From Macrostomum lignano (taxonomy: Eukaryota), in NCBI GenBank assembly GCA_002269645.1, contig NIVC01002449.1:1-64000 (forward strand): a stretch of DNA of 64,000 nucleotides, written 5' to 3'. Shown here piece after piece: positions 25,027-36,300 of this stretch (positions are counted from its first letter, which is position 1; each line of letters starts with the position of its first letter). The notes beneath the pieces are model-generated. The model made no database searches. It was not told the DNA's origin and saw only the letters and a list, made by a program, of their open reading frames with translations. A program made the translations under genes and the position numbers.

Positions 25027-27709
25027 ATGTCCTCCTACTCCATGCCAACAATGGACTCTAGCTGCACTTTAATAGTTCACGGTTTGCCGCACAATACAAC
25101 GCCAGACATCTTGGCTAAACAAATGGGCCGCTGGGGACAAGTTGATCGAGTCTTACTCTGTCCGGATCCCGGCTACGTGCATGCCGACACTCTGGGATCT
25201 CTGGTTGGCCCTCTGTGGGCTCTAGTAGCCTATGTTGATCCTGCTTCAGCTGTGGAAGCCTTGAACTCTTGCCAGGAGTCTAATGTATTTCAACTCCGCC
25301 GATATCGATCGCCCACTGATCCGCCGTTTGATGAGGCTAGCGATGGCCAGCTGATGATGCCTAACGCTGCTGGGGCTTCGGCTACGCCGACTCTAACTGG
25401 TCAACTCGAACTTCTGCGCGCTAAATGCGCTGAACTGCAGGTGAGTGGGGCTGGCCGTTGGTGGAATCTCCTCATATTTTACCTACATAAAAAGCTTTAC
25501 AGAAATCAATAATGAAACCACTCAAATACAAATGTACCAATAAATACCAATATACCAATAAATCAAATCAAATATTAATCCCTAATGACCTCGGGTAGAC
25601 TGAAATGATCCCTAATAACCTCAAGCGGACTAAAGTAGTCCCTAATGACCCCAGATAGACTAAAATAATCCCTAATGACCCCAGATAGACTAAAATAATC
25701 CCTAACGACCCCAGATAGACTAAAATAATCCCTAATTGACCCCAGATTGACTGAAATGATCCCTAATGACCCCAGATAGACTAAAATAGTCCCTAATGGC
25801 CCCAGATAGACTAGAATAATCCCTAATGACCCCAGAAGGACTAAAAAAAATTCCCTAATGACCCCAGATAGACTGAAATAATCCCTAATGATCCCAGAGA
25901 GACTTAAATAATCCCTAATGACTCCAGATGGACTGAAATAATCCCTAAAGACCTCGAATTAGCAAAAAGCGAGCTTTAAGTCCTGATAAACCTCAAATGT
26001 AAAGTAGAAGAATAAAAATAGCCTATCAAGAATACAGGCACAATTCTTTGCTTCCACATTTTCATCCAGGCTGAGAACCAACGCCTAGCCAGCGCAGTCT
26101 ACGACAAAGACAAAACCACACGCCTCCTGCTAGCCAACGTTGAAGCCTGGAAGCAGAAGCTCGACTGCGTTGAAAAGAGCAAAGCCCAAGACGTGCAGCG
26201 TCTGCAATCCTTCATACAAGATCTAGATCGTATCGGTGAGCAGCTGGTTGGCGGCATCGGGGCGATGCGGATGCAACTAGAGGAGCGTCGAGCTGCCGAA
26301 ATGGCCATGCAGGCTGGCCTGCGCCGCCTGCAGGAGTTGGAGAGGGAAAATGCTACTCTGCTGAGTATCCTGCATGGTGAGTGTACTTACCCCACTTCCC
26401 AGTGTACTCGGTGAGACACCCACCCCACTCAGCAGTGTACTCTGTGAGACACCCACCCCACTCCCCAGTTTACTCAGTGAGACACCCACCCCACTCCCCA
26501 GTGTACTCAGTGAGACACCCACCCCACTCCCCAGTGTACTCAGTGAGACACCCACCCCACCTCTAAGTGTACTTAAGGAGACACCCACCCCACTACCCAG
26601 TCTACTCAGTGAGACACCCACCCCACTTCCCAGTGTACTCGGTGAGACACCCACCCCACTCAGCAGTGTACTCTGTGAGACACCCACCCCACTCCCCAGT
26701 TTACTCAGTGAGACACCCACCCCACTCCCCAGTGTACTCAGTGAGACACCCACCCCACTCCACAGTGTACTCAGTGAGACACCCACCCCACTCCCCAGTG
26801 TACTCAGTGAGACACCCACCCCACTCCCCAGTGTACTCAGGAGATACCCACCCCACTTCTAAGTGTACTTAAGGAGACACCCACCCCACTTCTAAGTGAA
26901 AGGAGAAACCCACCCACCCCACTCCCCAGTGTACTCAGGAGAAACCCACCCCACTCCCCAGTGTACTCAGGAGAAACCCACCCCACTCCCCAGTGTACAC
27001 AAAGACACCCACCCCACTCCGATTCGCAGGCAAGCACAAGGACAATCCAACGCTACTGCAGCTGCTAGCCTCGCTGCAGACAGTCAAGCAGGACCTTCGC
27101 TGGCACGAGACGGAACACACTCGCCTAACTTATCTACTCGGCCAGCGGGACAAGCAGTGCAGTCAGGTATCCAACAGATTAGGCGAAGCTAAAACTCGCT
27201 TAGAGAAACTAGCCTGGGAGCAGAGCAGCAGCGACAACCAGCAAACTGCTGTTGTTGTACGCGAATTAGTCATTGAACGGGACAGATTGAAGGCTCAATT
27301 AGCAGCCGTAGGCGTTGCCCCAGACCAGCAACAGCAGAAGCAGCAGCGGCAGGCTACTCCGCCGCCACCCGCCATGACCGTGGTGAAGTCATCGAGTGTG
27401 CCAGTATTCGATGACGATGCCGAGTCTGAGGATTTCGACGCCAACGCTGAGAATTTGGCACCCGCGACGCCGCAGGCTCCGATCGGGACGCCAAAGGCTA
27501 ACAAGCCTCTGCTGGCTCCCATTGGATCTGGCAGGCGCTCTAAGCTGAATTCTTCTACTACTAATAGTAGTAAAGCTGCCGCTAGCAACGACTGCAACGA
27601 GTCGCCGTCTGCCGCCCTGTCTGCCGCTTTTAACCGCATGACTGTCGGCGGCGGAGGTAACGGTGGAGGCAGCCGCCGACCTCCGCTTGGCTCCCTGCAG
27701 CTGCAGTGA
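25027..27709 (+). CDS. RRM-like N-terminus plus long coiled-coil protein; exons 25027-25440, 26070-26376, 27030-27709 (466 aa)
   Basis: TLIVHGLPHNTT..LAKQMGRWGQVDRV...ALVAYVDPASAVEAL resembles an RRM (RNP2/RNP1). Heptad-rich middle region. Canonical gtgagt donors and cag acceptors with phases 0 and 1 give an open 1401-nt CDS. Confidence 0.8.
25575..25955. repeat. 30-bp intronic minisatellite (atccctaatgaccccagatagactaaaata)
   Basis: About 12 tandem copies inside intron 1 of the RRM-like gene. Confidence 0.93.
26385..27020. repeat. 33-bp intronic minisatellite (gagacacccaccccactccccagtgtactcagt)
   Basis: Fills intron 2 almost from donor to acceptor and explains the spurious ETPTPLPSVLS ORFs. 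Confidence 0.95.
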
Positions 27710-27789
27710 GCAGTGCGCAGTGCCTGCAGGGTTGAACTCCGTCAGGTGTTTTTTTTCAGGTAACTTAGTAGCGTTTTTGAGGGTTTTGT

Positions 27790-28420
27790 GACTTTTGAAA
27801 TTTTTTTAGGGTTGTTTAGGCGATTTTTAGAATAGTTTAGGTGATAATTTTAGGGTTGTTAACGAGTTTTTGGAATAGTTTAGGTGATTATTTTAGGGAA
27901 GTTTAGGTGATTTTTTAGTGTAGTTTAAATGATTATTTTAGGGAAGTTTAGGTGATCATTTTAGGGAAGTTTAGGTGATTTTTTAGTGTAGTTTAGGTGA
28001 TTATTTTAGGGAAGTTTAGGTGATCATTTTAGGGTAGCTTAGGTGATTTTTTAGTGTAGTTTAGGTGATTATTTTAGGGAAGTTTAGGTGATCATTTTAG
28101 GGTAGCTTAGGTGATTTTTTAGTGTAGTTTAGGTGACTTTTTTAGGATAGTTCAGGTAATCATTTTAGGGTAGTTTAGGGGATATTTTTGGTATAGTATA
28201 GGTGATTATTTTAGGGTAGTTTAGGTGATTATTTTAGGTTATTTTAGGTGACTTTTTATGGTAGTTTTGTGACTATATTTAAGTTCGTGTAGGCCATTTT
28301 TAGGGTAGTTTAGGCGAATAATTTAGGATAGCTTAGGTGATTATTTTAGTGTCCTGTTGCTGATTGTTTTAGGGTAGTTTAAGACGACTATATTTAGGTT
28401 AGTTTAGGCAATTTTTCGGG
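27790..28420. repeat. Degenerate ~22-23-bp minisatellite rich in TTAGG/TTAGGG (tttaggtgattattttagggtag)
   Basis: Strongly G/T-skewed tandem copies just downstream of the RRM-like gene stop codon. Confidence 0.85.
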
Positions 28421-29540
28421 CTGTTTGGGTAATTCAAAATCACCAAATTTGATAAAAATTTAAATCTAAGAGTATTTATAATACCATAATTTTTATAAAA
28501 TTTAGGAAAGTCTAAAATTAGGACTGTTAATATTGTGCTCCGCCAACGGTTTTCCTGTCAGCTATTTTTATATCAATTTTTATCCTTTTAAAGCATTTTA
28601 AAACATTACCCAATGCATACATTTGTGTCCGTTTATACTCAATTAGTCCAGCTATTTTTCTAATTTAATATTTTTAAATTGGTGCTACTTTTAGTAATAC
28701 AGCAGTGACATTTCTACCTTTGCTATGCGTTTCTCTAAGGTGTAGTTAAAAATTATATTATTGCTTTATTTATAAATATCCATGTGTTTTCGCAAGCAGA
28801 ATGTTGTCAATTTTGCTTATTGTCTGAGTCCTTTCTCAGATAAGTTTGCAATTCCTTCAGGAAAAACCAATTATATCGTAACACTTTTTGGTTTCTTTTC
28901 TATTAAATAATATTTTGTTGAATATCTGTGCAATTTCTTGATTAAAAACAGTTTTTTTCTTTAAATTGATTTTTCGGTGAACCAGTCTATAGAATTGCGC
29001 AGTTGAAAACCTTTGCTGAATTTTTGTTTTAATTAATTCTTTGATTTTCCCTGAGGCTCTAAATTTTGCAAAGTCTGTTGTCACTTTCATCTCATACTGT
29101 ACTACACATAACCCTCCGTGTTTATTCACCATTCAATTAGTTGCGCTACACTAATTTTGAATTCGTACGATCAATTATAACAAATTTATGTTTAATCTCG
29201 CACCGCGCTTAATCCGACTGTTATTTAATCGCGTTAAATGATTTTTAATATAAAATTGAAACAAAATATACCCAAAAATATTAGTTCATTGTCAAGCCCT
29301 TTGTAGCAACAATTATTTAACTATTTAAATTTGTTATTTAGCTCTGTTATTTTCACTCAGCTGCACTGCCAACTCAAAGAAATTGACTAGCTCTTGATAC
29401 TTGACCGAATACTCGTTCTTATATTGGCTCCGATTCTAAGCACCGCATTTGGCATTGACCTGCCAGCAAGTCAACCTGCATGGCTTGTGTTATTTATGTA
29501 CTTCAGCTGAACAGCACCCTCCGAAGCTTGTGTAATTGTC

Positions 29541-30170
29541 CCAGCCTCCCAGATCCTCAGTTGCTGGGCCAGCCTCCCAGATCCCCAGTTGCTGGGCCAG
29601 CCTCCCAGATCCCCAGTTGCTGGGCCAGCCTCCCAGAGTGTCAGTTGCTGGGCCAGCCTCCCAGATCCTCAGTTGCTGGGGCAGCCTCCCAGATCCTTAG
29701 TTGCTGGGCCAGCCTCCCAGATCCTCACTTTCTGAACCAGCCTCCCAGATCCTCAGTTGCTGTGGCAGCCTCCCAGATCCTCAGTTTCTGGGCCAGCCTC
29801 CCAGAGTGTCAGTTTCTGGGCCAGCCTCCCAGATCCTCAGTTGCTGGGCCAGCCTCCCAGATCCTCAGTTGCTGGGCCAGCCTCCCAGATCCTCAGTTGC
29901 TGGGCCAGCCTCCCAGATCCCCAGTTGCTGGGCCAGCCTCCCAAAGTGTCAGTTGCTGGGCCAGCCTTCCAGCTCCTCAGTTTCTGGGCCAGCCTCCCAG
30001 AGTGTCAGTTTCTGGGCCAGCCTCCCAGATCCTCAGTTGCTGGGCCAGCCTCCCAGATCCTCAGTTGCTGGGCCAGCCTCCCAGCTCCTCAGTTTCTGGG
30101 CCAGCCTTCCAGCTCCTCAGTTGCTGGGCCAGCCTTCCAGCTCCTCAGTTTCTGGGCCAGCCTCCCAGAG
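29541..30170 (+). repeat. 28-bp minisatellite family, copy immediately upstream of the SRR1-domain gene
   Basis: Same unit as 20600-21105. Confidence 0.95.
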
Positions 30171-30266
30171 GCTAATCGGCTGTAATTGTAACAATCTCGT
30201 GCTCAAACCACACTAGCAAAGAAGAAAGCTATGAAAGGCATACTCTACATATATTTAAATATATAA

Positions 30267-32294
30267 ATGTCCTGTTTGATGACCAGCCGCAGGTCCAGCT
30301 CAGATGGCTGGCAGCAGCAGCCCTGCCGATCTCAAACCAGGCGACGTCGCCATAGGAAAAAGCCTGGCGCAGACGAAGCGACGAACTTGTATCAGCGCGT
30401 TAAAATGCGCTTTGAAGAGGAGCAGCAATTGCTAAGCAACTCGCCATTGCCAGCAAAGCTAAGCAAAGAGTTGCAGAAAATTTTTGCGTCGTTGCAATTG
30501 AGCGGCGCTTCAATAAAATTTGCGAGTTCGATTTGTCTGGGGCTTGGCTCGCCAACCGACAGTCGGGATGCTCGACTGCAATTGGCGCTGTGGATGTCTG
30601 CGTTGAAGGATGAAGCCAGCGAGGCTGGAGATAGCGATAAAGATGTGTAAGTCTTGGTTGCGCAAATTTTGTGTGGCCCTGCCGGCTTCTGGGAATGAAT
30701 AGCTGAGGCTCCGTGTGTTTCATAACCATAACAGTGGTGTGTGATCGTTTTGATGAGAAACGCTATGGTTTACAGTGTTCTCGTGACTGTACATGTAAAT
30801 ATGTTACGTATGGGAGCACGAGAAATGCCCGCAGACGATTTGCCCGCAGGAGATTTGCCCGTGGAGATTTGCCCGCCGAGCTTTTCCCGCCGAGATTTGC
30901 CCGCCGAGGTTTGCCCGCAATGCTTTTTTACTGCAGCGCATTTGGCAACTAGATTCTGTCTGTCATTGCCCGGCTCCCCAAAAAAATATGCATTTGATAT
31001 GCTGTTACTATCAAAAAGTTTTGATCGTGCAAATCTCTTTACTAAGATTTATTACATGTAATAAGCATTGGGAAGGCAATGCAGACAAAATCTGCAGTAA
31101 AAAAAGCATTGCGGGCAAACCTCGGCGGGAAAAGCTCGGCGGGCAAATCTCCACGGGCAAATCTCCTGCGGGCAAATCGTCTGCGGGCAATTCTCATGGA
31201 CCCGTTACGTATTTGAAGCTTAAACTCATTTATTGTTTGATTCAGCATATTTCTGCTGCTCCTGTGATCTCAGGCGGCCCTATGTATCGCTAAATGTTTG
31301 TGACTCGGCATCCTCAGTTGCTGGGCCAGCTTGTCTCAGAGTTTTAGTTACTGGGCCGGCGACGTCGGCAGCCTGCAAGATCCTCAGTTGCTGGGGCACC
31401 CTCCAAGATGCTCAGTCGCTGGGCCAGCCTCTTAGATCCTCAGTTGCTGGGGCAGCCTCCAAGATCCTCAGTTGCTGGGCCAGCCTCTTAGATCCTCAGT
31501 TGCTGGGGCAGCCTGCAAGATCCTCAGTTACTGGGGCACCCTCCAAGATGCTCAGTTGCTGGGCAAGCCTCACCAGTCTTTAGTTGCTGGGCCAGCCTCT
31601 TAGATCCTCAGTTGCTGAGGCAGCCTCCAAGATCCTCAGTTGCTGGGGCAGCCTCCAAGATCCTCAGTTGCTGGGGCAGCCTCCAAGATCCTCAGTTGCT
31701 GGGCCAGCCTTCCAGAGTGTCAGTTGCTGGGCCAGCCTCCCAGATCCTCATTTGCCCGATTGACCAAAACTTTCCCGATCCCGAAGGCTCGCCGCCTCAG
31801 CGCCGCTGCTGCTAGCCGTGGACCCCGCGTTCACCCCGGAGGACGAGCAGCTGCTCTCCAGTCTGGGGGTGACGGTGGGCGACCCGACATCGGCCGCCAG
31901 CCGCTACTCCGCTTTGCCGCTGCCCTGCCTGGCTTTCCTGCCGCACGCGCCAAATTTTGTAATCAACAATTTTCTATACGAAAACTGGAGCAAGTCGCGT
32001 CTCCATGGACACGTGTTGCTAGGCAACAGTCTGGCATCGCTTCGAACTAATTTATCTGCGCCGGTACTGAGACAGCTCGGCTACATTGAGTCCGCGGCCG
32101 AGGTTTGCGTCGAAGCTGTGAGCTCCAGCTCTTTGGCTAATCGAGCTGACGAATTTTTCACCGCATTTAACGACATCAGTTTGCAATGGTTTCCCAAGAT
32201 TGAGAAAGGTTTCATTGGCGAAGTTGAGTCCAGTCTTGGCGAGCCGGTTTACGATTGTGCCGATGACAGACTGAAGGATCTGCTGGGATTTTAG
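30267..32294 (+). CDS. SRRD: SRR1-domain protein (SRRD-like); exons 30267-30646 and 31787-32294 (~295 aa)
   Basis: DGWQ..RRRR N-terminus, CLGLGS...ARLQLAL, VDPAFT.ED..LL..LG, AFLPHAP..VINNFL..NW, VLLGNSL and AFNDISLQWF match the SRR1 domain. The gtaagt donor (phase 2) is compatible with the aag acceptor at 31786; the exact acceptor is less certain. Confidence 0.85.
30812..31203. mobile_element. Mutator-like foldback MITE (392 bp) in the SRR1 intron
   Basis: ~120-bp TIRs starting GGG and built from gatttgcccgc subrepeats. Perfect 9-bp TSD gttacgtat at 30803-30811 and 31204-31212. Confidence 0.85.
31312..31750 (+). repeat. 28-bp minisatellite family, diverged copy in the SRR1 intron
   Basis: Units cagttgctggggcagcctccaagatcct running up to the acceptor region. 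Confidence 0.9.
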
Positions 32295-32842
32295 ATCCCT
32301 ACCAAATCGAACATCGCCCTCTTGGAATCGCCCCTGAAAATCGCTCTCTGTAAATCGCCCCTGAAAATCGCCCCTGAAAATCGTCCTCTGGGAATCCCCC
32401 TAAAAATCACCTCTTGGAATCTCCGCCACTGCAAGTCACCATTCTCTGTCAACGCTTTGACCTTTGACCTCTCATTGATACGTTAGCCTAAAAAGACGTG
32501 TTTTTTAGAGATTTTGTTAACAATCAGCTTACTCATAGAAAATATTTTGCTCGTTATGAGGATTTGACGAAAAAAATACACCATCTTTGTTAACTACATT
32601 CGCTTGCTTGGTTATTACTAGATAAACTGAACCCGGTCTTGCTTGACGAACTTATTTGTTTTTTTACACCTGTCATAGTATCTAAGGTAATTTTGTTCCA
32701 GCTCTGATAGACGATAAGACCGCAACTATTCACCTCTATAACATCTGAGGGCTGCTATCTGCGAATCTTGTGCATGCTTATTGAATGCAAATATAGTTTG
32801 TCGGATGTTGCTCTTGGTTGCCACCAGCCTCCCAGAAGTCCC

Positions 32843-33085
32843 AGATCCTATTTCTGGGCCAGCCTTTCAGATCCTCAGTTGCTGGGCCAGCCTCCCAGAT
32901 CCTCAGTTGCTGGGCCAGCCTCCCAGAGTGTCAGTTGCTGGTCCAGCCTCCCAGATCCTCAGTTGCTGGGCCAGCCTCCCAGATCCTCAGTTGCTGGGCC
33001 AGCCTCCCAGATCCTCAGTTGCTGGGCCAGCCTCCCAGATCCTCAGTTGCTGGGCCAGCCTCCCAGATCCTCAGTTGCTGGGCCA
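32843..33085 (+). repeat. 28-bp minisatellite family, copy upstream of the amidase gene
   Basis: About 8 near-perfect units. Confidence 0.93.
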
Positions 33086-33381
33086 CCGCTGCCCTTCGAG
33101 TTCTTTAGTAATGACCACTAATAATACTTGTAGAAGACAGAGGTTTACGTTCAAATGAATGAGATATATAATTCAGTGCTAGATTAAGTATAAGTTGACT
33201 GTATAAATTAGACTGGATATAAGTTGATTCAAGCAAAAACTGTTATTAAACTCTGCTGAGATCGCACTATCGAATTGAAATTCCAATCAATTGAATTTGG
33301 CAGCAGTATAAACCGCACTGCGGATTTGTATGCATATTGCATACTCGTACTTGGAGCAGCCACCGGGTCCGCAGGTCCGCT

Positions 33382-36300
33382 ATGCGTCGCTTCAGCCAGC
33401 AGTTTCGAATTCCAACGGAAGCGCCCAGTCTCGAGCAGCTGTCGGCCACGGCTCGCGCCCTGGGTCTTGAGCTGCCCAGCAACCAGCTTACCGACTATCG
33501 CGCCCTCGTGCGCTCATTCCTGGCTGCATTTCGCCAAGTCGACGACATGGCGTCCAAAGAGGATTATGGGACTGCTATCCTTAGGAAGATGGATGGAATA
33601 AGGCTTATTAGAAAGTTCTGGAAGCCGGAGCCCAATCCCGGAAATGCCTGGGTCACCAGGTGCGAAATCTCTGGCTCACTTTTGAGCAGCAGCAGACTTG
33701 AATCGCCTTCACCCCTGGCTGGCAAGCGAGTGGCTGTCAAGGATTGCATCTCTGTGGCCGGACTGCCAATGACCTGCGGCTCTGAGCTGCTGCTCGCCAA
33801 TGTCCCCGACTCCGATGCCACCGTTGTTAGTCGGGTGCTTCAAGCCGGAGCTACGATTGTTGGCAAAGCTACCTGTGAGGAGTTTTGCTTCAGGTGAGCG
33901 AGACTTGATTAGTGTTGTGAGCTTGTAATCAGGTTTGTTCTGGAAGGCCAAGAATGACTCAGCAACATCGAAAAGTCGCCACCCTTTGCCCCCGTGAGCC
34001 GTGTCTTTCCACCAGCGTCGATCACCTGGCCAACCATTTTGATATTTAAAAAATGCTTGAAAAAAACAATGAAAAGCGCACGGGCGGAAGCTTCCATCAA
34101 TCCATCAAATCTTCGCCCTCCGCTCTTCCCAATCCGCGTGGCGCAAGTTGAGTCACTGAAAAGTCAATACCGCGAGCAAGACTTTACTGCTCACTCTCAA
34201 AGGTGGCGACTTTTTAATTTTGTTGAGTATATACTCAGCCACATTGAAAAGTCGCCAATATATCGCGCCACTCCAGTGAGCATCTTCTCTTGGACTGTTT
34301 TGAAATAAAAGATACGAGAAAACTGATCGGGGCAGCTTGAATCCGTCCAACCCTCGCACAAACCGCATGTAGCGACCAAAGACAGAATCTTCTGTGTTAG
34401 CGACTTTTCAATGTTGCTAAGTATACTTCTGCGGCGAAGCTACCTGAGAGATTTGCGACTCAAAGATGATATATCAGTGTCCGTTTAGAAAGAACTGGCT
34501 CAGTGTACAGCGGCCCGTCGACTTTCCAATCGACTGTACACAATCTGTGCCATGGGGGTCGGCCTTCATGGGTGTAAGTCGAAGGACGCCCCTACGTTAA
34601 CGACGTGTGAAATTTTGAGCTAGTCAAACTGCTTACCCAAAAGTTACGCATCAGTTGGTGAACAAGCTGCACCTTAACAACTATTTTGCTCAGCGGCGGC
34701 AGTCACACGGGCTACCCGGGTCCCGTGTCGAACCCGCACGATCCCGACCGCACCGCCGGCGGCTCCAGCTCCGGCTGCGCTCGCCTGCTCGCCGTGGGCG
34801 ACGAAGTCGACCTCGCCCTGGCCACGGATCAGGGCGGCTCGGCCCGGACCCCGGCTGCCTGGTGCGGCGTTGTCGGATTGAAGCCGAGTTACGGCCTGGT
34901 GCCCTACACAGGGACGGTGTCCATGTGTCGCCGGCTCGATCACATCGGCCTCATGGCTCGGACAGTGGCCGAAGTTGGACAGCTCCTGGCCGTTCTAGCC
35001 GGACCAGACGGATTGGACGGTCGACAGTTGACGGTGGACGAGTCCGAGTTGCTGAAGTCGTCACCGAAGGCGTCACTGTTGAATGGAGACTTGAGAAAGT
35101 ATAGGTGAGAGCGCTGTGCTTTGTTAGTGTGGTTTAAAGTGCATTTTCCCTAAAAGTGTCAATTCATACTTATGCAGACTGTAGTTTTGTAATTTTTTAA
35201 AAGTTCATTATGTACTTTTCTAAAGTATTACTTTGTACTTTTATAGTGTCGTATGTACTTTTATGATGCACTGTTTTGTACTTTTCTAATATGTTACTTT
35301 GTAATTTCTAGAATACCATCGACATCCTGTTCTGTAATACTCGTAAGCGTCATTTTTTATTTTGAATAATTATAAAGTTTTATTTTTAGTTTTTAAAATA
35401 TAATTTTCCGGTGTCATTGTTTCAACAGTGTTATTTTATTCAAAGTTCCAGTAATACTTATTCACCATTTCTTTAATTATGCAGCTTCGCAAAATGTTGG
35501 AAGAACTGAAACGATTTTGAATGACACGTTCACCAGTTTTACTGTCTAGCATTTTATTTACTGTCTAGCACCTGTAGGCTGTAGCTAATGCGCTTTGATG
35601 TATTTTGATGCGTCCAATGCTCCACGCAGATTTGCTCTGCTAGCCGAAGGCTTCGTTGGCAAGGACGCCGAAGTTGACGCCGCGGTTCGTTCGGCCGTTG
35701 ATAGAATTTTCCAAGCCTCTGACGGCGGCGGCGGCGACGGCGGCTGTCCCGTCGTGTCCGTGCCGCGGCACCGTCGAGCGCACCGCTTCGTCAGCTGTCT
35801 GTCGCTGCTGAAGGGCTTCGGTTAGTTGCTGAGTGCTGAGTGCTGAGTGCTGAATGCTGAGTACTGAATGCTGAGTGCTGAATGCTGAGTACTGAATGCT
35901 GAGTGCTGAATGCTGAGTACTGAATGCTGAGTACTGAATGCTGAGTGATTAATGCTGAGTACTGAATGCTGAGTGATGAATGCTGAGTGCCGAGTGCTGA
36001 ATTCTGAGTGCTGAGTGATGAATGCTGAGTGCTGAGTGCCGAGTGCTGAATGCTGAGTGATAAATGCTGAATGCTGAGTGATAAATGCTGAGTGATGAAT
36101 GATGAATGCTGAGTGCTGAGTGATGAATGCTGAATGCTGAATGATACTTGTAAATGCTGAGTATAATAATGATTAATAATAGTTTATTACACCTGCCCCT
36201 CATGGGCAGATTTGCAACCGACAGCTCAGCCGCAGCTTTTGCGCGGGTCATCTGAAGGCTGCGTACGGCTGTTCAGTCCAAGGACTGGAGGGTCGCCACA

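Noticed and set aside
26277-26872. ETPTPLPSVLS / GVGVSLSTLGS mucin-like ORFs
   Set aside because: They lie between a canonical donor (26377) and acceptor (27029) whose joining restores the coiled-coil frame.
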